From Anaeramoeba ignava BMAN (lineage: Eukaryota; Protista; Anaeramoebae), in NCBI GenBank assembly GCA_028826165.1, contig JAPDFW010000135.1, forward strand, positions 62,707 to 126,706: a stretch of DNA of 64,000 nt. The letters are read 5' to 3'. Both the position numbers and the translations under genes were made by a program. Below, piece by piece: positions 13,520 to 27,410 of this stretch (its first letter is position 1; each line of letters begins with the position of its first letter). The notes below the pieces were generated by a model, which saw only the letters and a program-made list of their open reading frames with translations, ran no database searches and was not told the DNA's origin.

Positions 13520-13719
13520 TTTATTTTATCTTTAAATTTATTTTTTAATTTATTTTTTAAATTTATTTTTTAATTTAACGTTTTTAATAAAAAAAAAGAA
13601 AAAAGAAGAAAAAAAATGAAAAAAAATTTTTTTTGAAATTAATTTTTTCATTTTTTTTCTTTTTTTTAAATTAAAAAATTTATTATAATTTATTTTGAAA
13701 AAAATTTTTTTTTGAATTA

Positions 13720-16615
13720 ATGGATTATTATGAACAACAAAAAGAAGAAATTGAAGTAACTCAATCAATATTTTTTAAAGAAGTTGAAGCAGAATTTTCT
13801 GAGAAAAGCAAAACTTGGATTGTTAAAATAACTTTTGAATCTGAATTAATAACTGAATTAACTCGTTTTTTAATTATTTTTGAACTTCCTCAAAATTATC
13901 CAAATCAAATTCCTAAAATTCAAGTTAGAAATCAATCTTCTGAAAATATTAATATTCCTCAAGAAGAAATTGCATATCTTCAAGAACTTCTTGAATTTGA
14001 AGCAAAAGATTCAATTGGAGAACAGATGGTATTTTATTTAAAAATTCATTTATAAAATTAAAATTCATTTATAAAATTAAAATTAAAATTAAAATTAAAA
14101 TTCATTTATAAAATTAAAATTAAAATTCATTTATAAAATTAAAATTAAAATTAAAATTAAAATTAAAATTAAAATTAAAATTAAAATTAAAATTAAAATT
14201 AAAATTAATATTAAAATTAAAATTAAAATTAAAATTCATTTATAAAATTAAAATTAAAATTCATTTTAAAATTAAAATCAAAATTAAAATTCATTTTGAT
14301 ATTAAAATTCATTTTGATATTAAAATTCATTTTTTAAAAATTTATAAAATTAAAAATTTTAAAAAGTTGTTAAAATTAAACTTAAAATGAAAATGAAAAT
14401 TAAAACTAAAATTAAAATTAAAATTCATTTTGAAATTAAAATTCATTTTGATATTAAAATTCATTTATAAAATTTATATTGAAAATTAAAAAAAAAGTTG
14501 TTCAAACTAATATCAATAATTCGAGAATGGCTTGATGAGTTAGATGACTTTTTAATCACAACACGCTCAACAGAATTTCTTCCAGATGATATAATATACT
14601 ACATTTTCAAGTTCATTGAGCATCCATTCTACCCAATGATTGGATTAACATGCCGAAGATGGTATCACATTGCAATGAAATCAAAAATGATATGGAGTAA
14701 CATTATAGTTTCACGAACAAAAAAGAATGTATCAGATACATTTCTTACAAGATTCCAAAGAAAACTGCTCAAAAATCCGGAAAGCATAATCTCTTTCCAA
14801 ATCGGAAGCCCGAGTTCAAATGCAGAAGTCTCACAAAATGAAATTTTGGAAATATCCAAAAATTATCCAAAACTTAAATCATTCAGATTTTATTCAACAA
14901 GCTCAATGAAGTTGTCATTACTCCACGAATTTGTGGAATCTGCACAAAATTTGACGGATTTATCAATTTATGGAGCAAAATGCTCAAGCAAATATTTTTT
15001 GAATACAAAAGATTTTTCACGTTTACAAAATATTTCAATTAGAAAATCAAATATTCATAAAATAAGTGTGGAGAATTTAAAAAATGTGATTTTTTTATCT
15101 TTGGAATCAAACTACATCTCGGCAATTCCGCACAATATCGTGAACCTTTCTTTCCTGCAGCATCTGAATCTGGACAGAAACCCGCTGCGGTTATTCCCTG
15201 CGATACTATTCTGTTTACCGCAGTTGACATTTTTGTCACTTGAAGGATGCGGGTTTTCTGACATCGATCCTGATATATCAAATTTCCATTTAGTTATCAA
15301 CAAGCTCGAGCATCTAAACTTGGCAAACAATCTATTCAGCGACTTTCCGTATTTGGTAACCAAGATCGGAAGTCTGAAATTTTTGAATCTGGCGAAGAAC
15401 AGATTGCGGACAGTTTTGCCTTCTCTTCGAGATCTTGATAATCTTGAGTATTTGAATTTAAACCATAATGAACTGGCCGCATTTCCAGAACAGCTTTTCC
15501 GAGGGAATCTGAAGAACATTATGTACTTGAAATTGAAGAGCAATGATTTCATTATATTTCCAAGATACATTTTGGAAAATTTGCAAAAATTGAGATTATT
15601 GGATTTAAGAAATAACAAGTTGGAAAGTTTGGAGCTCAGTTACTGGGTCTCGCCCAACTTAAATGTCCTGCGGTTCTCGAACAACTTGCTCCGTTATATT
15701 GATTTGAGAATCCTTTTCCGCAAGACTTCAAGCTTAAGATACTTCGAACTCGATCTGTCAAGAAACCGTTTTGAAACGTTTCCGGTTTGTGAATTTGAAG
15801 ACGAAAATAAAAATCACGAGGAAAAACAAGAAAATGATAATATTATTATTAAAGAGGATGAGAAAGAGAAAGATGAGCAGAATTCGCTTAGCAAAAACAG
15901 TTCTTTGGTTGATTCAAAAAATAATTTCCAAACAAATTTTTCAATTCAACAAAATCAAGAAGAAAAATTCGAATTCGGTTATAAATTTATTGAATACCAA
16001 GTGATGGTTCGCAAAATCAATTTGTCTCAGAACAGCATATCAATAATGCCAACTTTTTTCTATCTTTTCGATAATATACAAGAACTTGATTTAAGTAAAA
16101 ACACTTTATTTAATTTCCAGTCGGAATTTTTTGATTCACAAAATGATGATGAAAAAAATAAAAATGAGAATAAAAATAAAATCAGCAGGAAAATGCTTGA
16201 AGAGAAGGATTTATTTCATCCTAAGGTGATTGAGAAGCTATCCGAAACGCTAACTTCTCTTGATTTATCAGACACAATGATGGCGGTTTTTCCGGTTCAA
16301 TTAACAAAACTGTCAAAATTGAAAAAACTGAATCTTTCTTTAAATAAATTGAATTTTTTGCCTTCTTGTTTTTTCAGAAGTTTCAATGACCTTAAAAGAT
16401 TGGAATTGCAATATAATTTATTTGAAACTGTTCCTTTTTCAAAAGGAGAAATTCTTATTAGACAAGGAAATGAAATTAGTGTTCTTGCTAATGGTTTTTG
16501 TTTATTGAATAATTTGAAATATCTTGATTTAAGTGGAAATCCTGGAATTTCAAAACAAAATGAAATTACTGTTCAAAATGGAAGATCTTGTATTGTTAAA
16601 GTTAATAATTTTTAA
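13720..16615 (+). CDS. RWD + F-box + leucine-rich-repeat protein (intron 14029-14497)
   Basis: RWD (EQQKEEIE...LPQNYPNQIP...GEQM|LFKLISIIREWL), F-box (LPDDIIYYIFKF...LTCRRWY), many LxxLxLxxN repeats. Confidence 0.85.
14029..14497 (+). repeat. Intron filled with (ATTAAA)n
   Basis: GT at 14029, AG at 14497; the in-frame join completes the RWD helix. Confidence 0.85.
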
Positions 16616-16891
16616 TTCCAAAAAATATATTTCAAATTAAAATTAAAAAATGGAATTTTCTTTTTAGATTTTATTCAAATTAAATAAATTAAAAATTAAA
16701 ATTAAAATTAAAATTAAAATTAAAATTAAAATTAAAAATTAAAATTAAAATTAAAATTGAATTTTAAAAACGTTTTCTTTTAAATTAAAAAAAAAAAATT
16801 TTTCATTTTCATTTTTTTTCATTTTTCCTTTTTGCTTTTTCTTTTTTTTATTTCAATTTTTATTGTTTTCTTTTTAAAACAAAACTAAAAA

Positions 16892-19683
16892 ATGGAAATG
16901 TTTGATAGTTATGAACAAGATTTCAACGACTTGTCTGTTCGAATCAAAGATAGAATAGAAAAAATAAAAGAATTAACAGGAGAAGAAAAAAAGAAACTAA
17001 AAGTAGCAGCAGATCGGGAGCTTGACGAAGCACACGAACTAGTGAGGAAACGAAAAAAAAACGGGATAAAAAAACGAGATAAAAAAAACTAACGGAAAAA
17101 AAAAAACAAAAACAAATGAATTTAGATTCAGCAAATGGATTCAGAACTTCGAGGATTTTCAGTTGATGAAAGAAAAGACGCGTCAAAAAAGCTGCGAAAA
17201 TACAAAAACCAGTACCAGAATTTCCAGACTGAGTTGCGAAAAGCGTATGAGATGTCTTCGTATTCTCAAGATAGAAATGACCTTTTTGATGGTCGAAGTG
17301 ATTATCAAGTTCAAAATCTTGACCAAAGGCAAAAACTCCTTCAGGCTCAGAATACTTTGGATAATTCTTCTCAAAGACTCCAAAATGCCCATAAAACTGC
17401 TCTCCAAAGTGAACAGATTGGTACTGAAATTCTCGCTGATTTACATCAACAAGGTGATACTTTGAGAGGTGCTCATAAAAAAGTATATATTTATATCTAA
17501 ATTTATAATAAAATTTATAATAAAATTTATATTAAAATTTATATCTAAATTTATAATAAAATTTATAATAAAATTTATATTAAAAATTATATTAAAATTT
17601 ATATCTAAATTTATAATAAAATTTATATTAAAAATTATATTAAAATCTATATTAAAATTTATATTAAAATTTATATCAAAATTTATATCAAAATTTATAT
17701 TAAAATTTATATTAAAATCTATATTAAAATTTATATTAAAATTTATATTAAAATTTATTTTAAAATTTATAACAAAATCTATATTAAAATTTATAACAAA
17801 ATTTATAACAAAATTTATATCAAAAATTTATATCTAAATTTATAATAAAATTTATATCTAAATTTATAATAAAATTTATATTAAAATTTATATTAAAATT
17901 TATATTAAAATTTATAATTAAAATTTATAATTAAAATTTATATTAAAATTTATATTAAAATCTATATCAAAATTTATATTAAAATTTATATTAAAATTTA
18001 TATTAAAATTTATATTAAAATTTATATCTAAATTTATATTAAAATTAATAACAAAATTTATATCTAAAATTTATATTAAAATTTATAACAAAATTTATAT
18101 TAAAATTTATATCAAAAATTTATATTAAAATTTATATTAAAATTTATATCTAAATTTATATTAAAATTAATAACAAAATTTATATTAAAATTTATATTAA
18201 AATTTATATTAAAATTTATATCTAAATTTATATTAAAATTAATAACAAAATTTATATTAAAATTTATATCAAAATTTATATTAAAATTTATATTAAAATT
18301 TATATTAAAATTTATATTAAAATTTATATTAAAATTTATATTAAAATTTATAACAAAATTTATATTAAAATTTATATTAAAATTTATATTAAAAATTTAT
18401 ATTAAAAATTTATATTAAAAATTATATCAAAATTTATATTAAAATTAATATTAAAATTTATATTAAAATTAATATTAAAATTTATATTAAAATTTATATC
18501 AAAAATTTATATTAAAATTTATATCAAAATTTATATCAAAATTTATATCAAAAATTTATATTAAAATTTATATTAAAATTTATATCTAAATTTATAACAA
18601 AAATTTATATTAATATTTATATTAAAATTTATATTAAAATTAATATTAAAATTTATATTAATATTTATATTAAAATTAATATTAAAATTTATAACAAAAT
18701 TTATATTAAAATTTATATCAAAATTTATATCAAAATTTATAATTAAAATTTATATTAAAATTTATATTAAAATTTATATTAAAATTTATATTAAATTTAT
18801 ATTAAAATTTATATTAAAACTTATATTAAAATTTATAACAAAATTTATATTAAAACTTATATTAAAATTTATATTAAAAATCTATATTAAAATTAATATC
18901 TAAATTTATATTAAAATTTATAACAAAATTTATAACAAAATTTATAACAAAAATTTATAACAAAATTATATTAAAATTTATATTAAAACTTATATTAAAA
19001 TTTATAACAAAATTTATATTAAAATTTATATTAAAATTTATAATAAAAATTTATAACAAAATTTATATCAAAATTTATATTAAAAATTATATTAAAAATT
19101 ATATCTAAATTTATATCAAAATTTATATTAAAATTTATAATTAAAATTTATATTAAAATTTATATTAAAATTTATATTAAAATTTATATTAAAATTTATA
19201 TTAAAATTTATATTAAAATTTATATTAAAATTTAAATTAAAATTTATATTAAAATTAATATTAAAATTTATTTCAAAATTTATATTAAAATTTATATCAA
19301 AATTTATATCAAAATTTATATTAATATTTATATTAAAATTTATATTAATATTTATATTAAAATTTATATTAAAATTTATATTAAAATTTATATTAAAATT
19401 TATATTAAAATTTATATTAAAATTTATATTAAAAATTAGTTACAAAGAGCTGAAGAAAATGTGGATAAAGGTGGAAATATTATTTCAAGAATGTTTCGAA
19501 GAGCAGTTACTAACAAAGTAAATAAAAATAAATTAATCAAAAAAAATTTTTTTTTGTTCCACTTTTTAATTTATAAATTTTTTTTAATTTTAATAAAAGA
19601 TTATTCTCATTATTATTATCATCGTTCTTTTAGGAATTATAGCAATGATCGTTTATTTCACTCGATTTTATAAAAAAAAATAA
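16892..19683 (+). CDS. VTI1: Vti1-like Qb-SNARE (4 exons)
   Basis: MFDSYEQDF Habc start; DQRQKLL...SSQRL...[20 protein letters not shown] motif; [12 protein letters not shown] followed by C-terminal TM. Confidence 0.9.
17483..19439 (+). repeat. ~1.96 kb intron of (AAATTTATATTA)n 12-mer minisatellite
   Basis: GT at 17483, AG at 19439; the join gives HKK|[10 protein letters not shown]. Confidence 0.9.
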
Positions 19684-19958
19684 TTCTTTTTTCTTTTTTC
19701 CAAACAAAATTCTTTTCTTTAATTTGATTCAATTTGATTTGATTCAATTTTCTTTAATTTGATTTGATTTGATTTGATTTAATTTGATTTGATTTGATTT
19801 GATTTAATTTGATTTGATTTGATTCTTCAAAAAAAAAACAATTTTTTTCAATTAATTTTGGTTTCAAATTTACCAAAAAAAAACAAACAAAATAAAAATT
19901 TTTTTTTCATTTTTTTCATTTTCATTTTTTTCATTTTTTTTCTTTTTCAAAAATTATA

Positions 19959-20823
19959 ATGGAATCTTCTGATTATGAAGAAGATATAACAATACAATCT
20001 CTTTTTAATGGACTTACTAATATTCTTTCTTCATGGGAAATTATAAAATTAATAAAAGAAACTCTTATTTTTAGTGATAAAACTGAAGATAAAATTCAAG
20101 ATTTTGAAGATGATTTAATGTTTTTTTTTCAAGAAAATCTCGATAAAAATAAACAAATTGAAGAATTTGAAGTAAAAAATATTCTTCTTGATTCTCTTTC
20201 AAATATTTTACATATTGATTTACAAGATGGAAGTGAATTGAATGTATTTTAAAAAAAAAATTATTTTTATTTTTAAATCAAAAATTTATTTTCTTTTTTT
20301 CTTTTAAATTTAGGTTGTAAAAGAATTAGTTTTATTATATCAAAATATTAGTTCAAATAATTTAGATTATGTTGAAAATTTGATTTCTCGTCTTGAAAAA
20401 GAAAAAGAAAAAGAAAATTTAAATGAAAAAGAAAATCAAAATGAAAATGAAAAAGAAAAAGAAAAAGAAAAAGAAAAAGAAAAGAAAAAGAAAAAAAGAA
20501 AAAGGAAAATCAAAATCAAAATCAAAATCAAAATCAAAATCAAAATCAAAATCAAAATCAAAATCAAAAATCAAAATCAAAATCAAAATCAAAATCAAAA
20601 TCAAAATCAAAATCAAAATCAAAATAGAAATCAAAATCAAAATCAAAATCAAATTCAAAATCAAAATCAAAATATAAATCAAAATAGAAAAAAGAAGAAC
20701 AATAAAAAGAAGAACAAAAATAGAAATTTAAAAAATTTTAATAATAAAAAAACTTCAAATAATTCTCAAACAAAAGATAACGAAGATGATGATGGTTGGT
20801 TTATTGTTAAAAAAAGAAAATAG
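19959..20823 (+). CDS. TSR2: Pre-rRNA-processing protein Tsr2-like (2 exons)
   Basis: LFNGLTNILSSW..., IDLQDGS and the acidic C-terminus DDDGWFIVKKRK. Confidence 0.72.
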
Positions 20824-20949
20824 AATTAAAATTCAAAATCAAAATCAAAATCAATTAAAATCAAAATCAAAATCAAAATCAAAATCAAAATCAAAATCAA
20901 AATTAAAATCAAAATTAAAATTAAAATAAAAATCAAATTCAAAATCAAA

Positions 20950-21617
20950 ATCAAAATATAAATCAAAATAGAAAAAAGAAGAACAATAAAAAGAAGAACA
21001 AAAATAGAAATTTAAAAAATTTTAATAATAAAAAAACTTCAAATAATTCTCAAACAAAAGATAACGAAGATGATGATGGTTGGTTTATTGTTAGAAAAAG
21101 AAAATAGAATTAAATAAAATTAAAATCAAAATCAAAATCAAAATCAAAATCAAAATCAAAATTAAATTCAAAATCAAAATCAAAATCAAAATCAAAAATC
21201 AAAATCAAAATCAAAATTAAAATCAAAATTAAAATCAAAATCAAAATCAAAATCAAAATCAAAATCAAAATCAAAATCAAAATCAAAATCAAAATCAAAA
21301 TCAAAATCAAAATCAAAATCAAAAATCAAAATCAAAATCAAAAATCAAAATCAAAATCAAAATTAAAAAATCAAAAATCAAAAATAATGAAGATAAAATA
21401 AAAAGAAAAAAATTAAAATCAAAATATAAATCAAAATCAAAATCAAAATCAAAATCAAAATCAAAATCAAAAAAAAAAAGAACAATAGAAGAACAATAAA
21501 AAGAAGAACAAAAATAGAAATTTAAAAAATTTTAATAATAAAAAAACTTCAAATAATTCTCAAACAAAAGATAACGAAGATAATGATGGTTGGTTTATTG
21601 TTAAAAAAAGAAAATAG
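20950..21617 (+). repeat. Two extra tandem copies of the Tsr2 3' end (~150 bp) separated by (AAAATC)n
   Basis: ...gataacgaagatgatgatggttggtttattgtt...aaaatag recurs, ending at 21107 and 21617. Confidence 0.9.
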
Positions 21618-22024
21618 AAATAAATAAAATCAAAATTCTCCTTTTTTTTTTTCTTATTTTATTTTATTTAACGAATTTTATTTATTTTATTTAACGAGTT
21701 TTGTTTTATTTTATTTTTATTTTTTTTTTAATTAAATTTTTTATTAAAAGAAAAGAAGAGAATGAATTAAAAAAATTTAAATTAAATTAAGAAAAAAAAA
21801 ACGATAAATTTTTTTGCTTTTTTTTTTTAATTTTTGTTTGTTTTTTAATTAAAAAAATTTTTTTTCATTAATAAAAAGAAATCAATTTTTTTTTCACTTT
21901 TTTTTTCCCTTTTTTTTGTCAATTTCTCTTCATTTTCAAAACAAACAAAATCAAACACACAAAAACACACAAAAACACACACAAAAACAAACACAAAAAC
22001 AAACAAAATTTTAAAAATTTAAAA

Positions 22025-22816
22025 ATGAGCTCTAAAGATAAAACTGAAACAAAAAGTGATGTACCTCCAAAAAAACCAAAAACAGCTTATTTAATCTTTG
22101 CTGCTACTAAAAGACCTCAAATTATGGAAAACAATAAAGGAATTAAAGTTGGAGAAATAAGTAAAATAATTGGTTCAATGTGGAAAGAGTTAACTGAAGA
22201 TCAAAAAAAAGTTCGTTAAAATTTTTTGTTAAAACTTTACTTAGCCAAAAATATAAAAGACCCAAAATAGGGAAAAACAAAAAACTCAAATAATATTAAT
22301 ATTTTAATATTTTTATTTATTAATATATTTATTTAGGTTTTCGTTGATCAAGCAGAAAAAGAAAAGGCTGATTATGAAAAAAATTTAGAAGAATACCAAA
22401 AAAATCATCCTGAAACTAATGATTCAAGTGGAGATGAAAGACATTCAAGAAAAACAAGAAAACATAAGCATCGTAAATTACCACCTCCTCCAAAAAAACC
22501 TAAGAATGCTTATCTTTTGTATTCTGATGCAATTCGTCCTAAAATTATGGAAGAGAATAAAGGAATTAAAGTTGGAGAATTGAGCAAATTAATTTCCAAA
22601 ACATGGAAGGAATTAAAAGAAGAAGAAAAAGAGGTTAATATTTAATATTTAATATTTAATTATTTAATATTTAATATTTAATATTTTATTATTTTTGGAA
22701 AATAGGTTTATACAAAAAAAGCTGATGAACTTAAAGCTCAATTCGAAAAAGAAATTAAAGAATACAACAAGAAAAGAGACCAAATTGATTCTTCTTTATC
22801 TTCAGATTCAGACTAA
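22025..22816 (+). CDS. HMG-box protein with two HMG boxes (3 exons)
   Basis: PPKKPKTAYLIF...ISKIIGSMWKEL and PPKKPKNAYLLY...LSKLISKTWKEL. Confidence 0.9.
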
Positions 22817-23058
22817 GAAATTAAAGCAAAATTAAGCTTTTTTTTCTTATTATTCAATTTTTTTTACTTCATTCCATTTTTCTTTTTGATTTCATTTTTT
22901 TCTCTTTTTTTTTTGATTGGATTTTGATTTAAGGAATTATTTTAAACAAAAATTAAAAACAAAAAAGAAGAACAAATTAAATTATTTTTTTTTTGATTTT
23001 TGAATTATTTATTTTGATTTTGATTTTGATTTCTGATTGTTAAAAGAAAAAAAAAGTT

Positions 23059-24585
23059 TTATTTGTAAAATCGAGAAGATCTTTTTTTGGGTTTTTCTTC
23101 TTTTTCTTCTGGATAATCTTTATAAGCTTGTTCGAACCATTCCTGTTCAGTAAGAGTAGAAAGATTAATAGGACCAATCATTTGTCTACCAGGATCAACA
23201 ACCATCCAAGAAATTTCACCAATTTGGGAAGGATCAGTGAAAAACATTCCTTCATCCACTTTGTCCTTTTTTCGAGACCAATAGTAATTCTTGAATCTTC
23301 TGTGGATTCTTTGTTTGAGTTCATGAGATCCAATTCCAAGAGCAAAAGGAACGAAAAACTTTCATAATCGGAATCACCAAGTGGATCATTATTGACATAT
23401 CTAAAATACTCATCATTATCATAATAACTATATCTTTGATGAGAAAGAGAATCCATAACATGTTCATAACGATCGTCTGGAGAATAGAACTTCTCCAAAA
23501 GTAATAATCTCGCCAATCCATGAACTTCTCCAAAAAGTCTATCATAAATTTTGGGATTTATTTTTTTGCGATCCAAACCAGGAACAAGAACCATGAACCC
23601 TCTGCGGCTGTATTTAAACAAACGGTTCTCATATGAAGGAGATCTTCTAGTGGCATCAAAAAGGTTATATTGCTTTGTGATTGCGCGATAAAATCTGGCA
23701 CCAATCATGACAGTTTCTCCGTTATACAAAGCACAACACGAATCTATATCGAATCCCATAAGGACTTCTGCAGGGGATTTGTAGAGACGGAAGATGATCT
23801 GAATATGACGGAACGGATCCGCCGAGCAAAGGGTGACAACGCATTTTTTCTTAACGAAATGGATGTTCGAAGAATTTGGATGATTTTCCGTTATTTCTTC
23901 CAATAACGAAATGACTTTTTGGGTCGCTTGTTCCTCATTTAATCCATAAATAAACATGTCAACATCGGATTGCTCATATGGGGAATCTTTTCCGTAAAAT
24001 TTTCGAATGTCTTTTAATTTTCCAGTGTTGAATTCTGCCGGAAGGGGAACTAAACTCCCGGCAACGGCTCCTCCGGCAACAATAACGTTGTTCCAATTTA
24101 TATGTTTTAGTTGACCTGCAGTGAAAATCTCAAAGCGTTTAAGAAACTCCTCTTTTGGTACAACCGCAATTCCTTGAAGAGGTTTATAAATAAACTCAAA
24201 TACAGCCGGAATTTGTTTTCTCATTTTTGTCTTGTTCTTCGTACTTGATTTCTTCCCGAATTTCAAAGGGATCCACTAACGAAAGATACATATTATCAAG
24301 CACAGAGTTGTTTCGATCTCGCGCAAAAAACTCTCGATATCTGTTTTCTCTTTTATTGATGTTTTGAAGAAATAATTTTTTTGACAGCACGTTTGAAAAC
24401 TCTTTTTGCTTGGCAAACTTAAAAAATACGTCCATATTCATATGGGGCGCTATCTCTAATAGGAAATCTTCTGGCATTTCTTTGAATGACTCAATATAGC
24501 TGTCTATGTCTGTTGTTTCATTAAGAACATTTCCTACTTTTTCTGCTGATAATTCGAGTAAACTTGGAATTGGGATTTTTGTCAT
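23059..24585 (-). CDS. Pol-beta-superfamily nucleotidyltransferase-like protein (intronless; two 1-nt frameshifts)
   Basis: VIVAGGAV...SDVDMFIYGL...HIQIIFRLY...GFDIDSCC...RRSPSYENRLFKYSRRGF; C-terminus DPGRQMIG...EWFEQAY. The three overlapping ORFs join at A/T runs near 24215 and 23357. Confidence 0.7.
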
Positions 24586-24649
24586 TTTTTTTTTAATTTG
24601 GAAAAGAGAAAAATAAAAATGAAAAATGAAAAATAAAAAATGGATTTCT

Positions 24650-25150
24650 TTTATAATTTTTGATTTTGATTTTAATTTTTGATTTTAATTTTAATTTTAA
24701 TTTTAATTTTAATTTTAATTTTAATTTTGATTTTAATTTTGATTTTGATTTTTATTTTGATTTTAATTTGAATTTAATTTTAATTTTAATTTTAATTTTA
24801 ATTTTAATTTTTGATTTTAATTTTAATTTTAATATTAATTTTTGATTTTGATTTTAATTTTTGATTTTAATTTTAATTTTAATTTTGATTTTAATTTTAA
24901 TTTTAATTTTTAATTTTAATTTTGATTTTAATTTTAATTTTGATTTTAATTTTAATTTTGATTTTAATTTTGATTTTGATTTTTATTTTGATTTTAATTT
25001 TGATTTTGATTTTGATTTTAATTTTAATTTTAATTTTAATTTTAATTTTAATTTTGATTTTGATTTTGATTTTAATTTTGATTTTAATTTTAATTTTAAT
25101 TTTAATTTTAATTTTAATTTTAATTTTTAATTTTAATTTTGATTTTAATT
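24650..25150. repeat. (AAAATT/AAAATC)n tail downstream of RCC1-BTB copy A
   Basis: Tandem hexamers continuous with the gene's terminal NNQN codons. Confidence 0.9.
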
Positions 25151-26925
25151 TTAATTTTGATTATTAAATTTGTTAATTAATAAATCAAATAAATTTGGAT
25201 TTGTTTGATTTAATTGAAAATAATCAATTCCAGTTTTAATTTCATCAATGATTTCTTGTGTAATTTGAATTTCATCTTTAATTTGATTTGAATAAATCCA
25301 ATATTCAAATATTTGAAATGATTTATTACTTAATTCACTATAATCTGTAACTTTATTAGATTTATCTTCAGTTACAGATAAAAACATTCCTCGATATAAT
25401 TCACTTCTCATTATTAATATTAATTTAGGAAATTTATATTGTTTTTCTTTTCTTTCAATTATAAAATCTTTTTCATTTTCATTTTCATTTAAATAAATTC
25501 TTTTCATTGTTTCTTCAATTTTTTCATTTGAATTTATAATTTCTTTAATTTCAGAATATAATTTTGGATTTATTATTCTGTTTGAATAAATCATTTCAAA
25601 TATTTGATTTGATTCTTTAATTGATTTTTTTGAAATAATTTCTTGAAGTTTTTCAATTTTGATTTTGATTTTGATCTTTTAATCTATATTTCAATATTAA
25701 TTTATGAGCTTTGATTATTTCTCCATTTTCGGTTTTAAATGAAATATCACAAAATTCTTTTCTTTCAAATAATTTTATCAAATCTTCTTCAAGATTGGAA
25801 AAAGGAGGAGGAGAATAATAAATAAATGAATTGTTAAATCCACAAGAAATATGATAATTAGGAATATTTTCATTAAATCTTAATTTAGGAAGTTCAATTT
25901 GAATTGGAATTGATTGCTTTAAATGACTATATCCAGTTCCTAATTGACCTGAATAATTATATCCAAATCCTATTAATTTCCCTTTGGAAGTTAAAATCAA
26001 AGTATGAGCATTTCCAACAGAAAAATCAAGAATATTATCATCATTTTCAAATAAAGATGATTTGATTTCAGTAAATTCATAAGTATTTTCATCTTTGCTA
26101 AGTCCATTAAATCCATAATTTCCACATGAATAAAGTTTTCTTTTTGGATTTTGATCTTGATTTTCATTTTCAATAAATGTTATTGAATGACCACCTCCAC
26201 ATTGAATATCAATTATTTTGCCTTTTGGAATATTTTGGATTTTGGTTAATTTTGTGATTTTTGTTTCTTGTTTTCTTGATTCTCCTAATCCAACTTGACC
26301 AAATCTATTATCGCCGCATCCAAATAATTCTTGATTTGAATTTAAAAGAAAAACACAATTTGAAGAGTTTCCTGAAAATATTTTAGAAACATTTTTCATC
26401 ATTAAAATTGGTTTTTGTGTATTTTTAAGTGTTTCAGAATCAAAACCAAGTTGACCAAATTGATTTGAACCAATTCCATAAACATTTTGATTTGAAGTTA
26501 ATAAGTAAATTGAATTTCTTCCAGAAACAACATCTTCGAATTATTCTATCATTTTTATCTTCAATTAATGATGAAATATTGATAAATTCATTTGGATTAT
26601 TTGGATTAATATCTAAACCTTTGGCAAATACATTTCCTTCTATTGTTAAAATAGCTTCATTGTGAACACCAACAGTTACTTTTTGAATATTTTCTTCAAT
26701 TTGAATTTTTGAAGGATTTTGTTTTGAATATTTTTCATTTAAATATTCTATTGCTTTTCCATTTTGAAAAAGGAAAATTGTTGAAAAATAACATGATGAA
26801 ATTTGTTTAATTTGTTTTTCATTTTCATTTTCAAATTTAAATTGAATTGGTTTTGTTATTTTTTCTGATTCATTTTTTATAAGTTTTGGTTCGTCATTTT
26901 TACCACAAAATAAACAATCATTCAT
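25151..26925 (-). CDS. RCC1-repeat propeller + tandem BTB protein, copy A (frameshifts ~26537 and ~25655)
   Basis: GxNxxGQLG and FSVGxxHTLIL repeats; BTB motifs EFCDISF..AHKLIL and FPKLILIMRSELYRGMF. Collinear with the intact copy 44931-46721. Confidence 0.85.
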
Positions 26926-27059
26926 TTTTGAAAAGAAAAAAATGAAAAAAATAATTTTTGGAATTTTAATTTTAATTTTAATTTTAATTTTAATTTTGAT
27001 TTTAATTTTAATTTTAATTTTAATTTTAATTTTGATTTTAATTTTGATTTTGATTTTAA

Positions 27060-27410
27060 TTTTAATTTTGATTTTGATTATTAAATTTGTTAATTAATAA
27101 ATCAAATAAATATTTGAAATGATTGTTTGATTTTAATTTATCATTGAAAATAATCATTCCCCAATTTGAATTTCATCAATTATTTCTTGTGTAATTTCAA
27201 TTTCATCTTTAATTTGATTTGAATAAATCCAATATTCAAATATTTGAAATGATTTATTACTTAATTCACTATAATCTGTAACTTTATTAGATTTATCTTC
27301 TGTTACAGATAAAAACATTCCTCGATATAATTCAATTCTCATTATTAATATTAAATTTAAGGAAATTTTATATATTGTTTTTCTTTTCTTTCAATTATAA
27401 AATCTTTTAA
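27060..27410 (-). pseudogene. Degenerate 3' fragment (second BTB) of an RCC1-BTB gene
   Basis: ELYRGMFLSVTEDKSNKVTDYSE with multiple indels; upstream part replaced by AT-only sequence. Confidence 0.8.

Noticed and set aside
23059-24585. Programmed ribosomal frameshifting (three overlapping ORFs)
   Set aside because: The shifts fall in short A/T homopolymers (for example agtttttc lacking one T). Similar 1-nt slips occur in unrelated genes across the window, which fits long-read consensus error.
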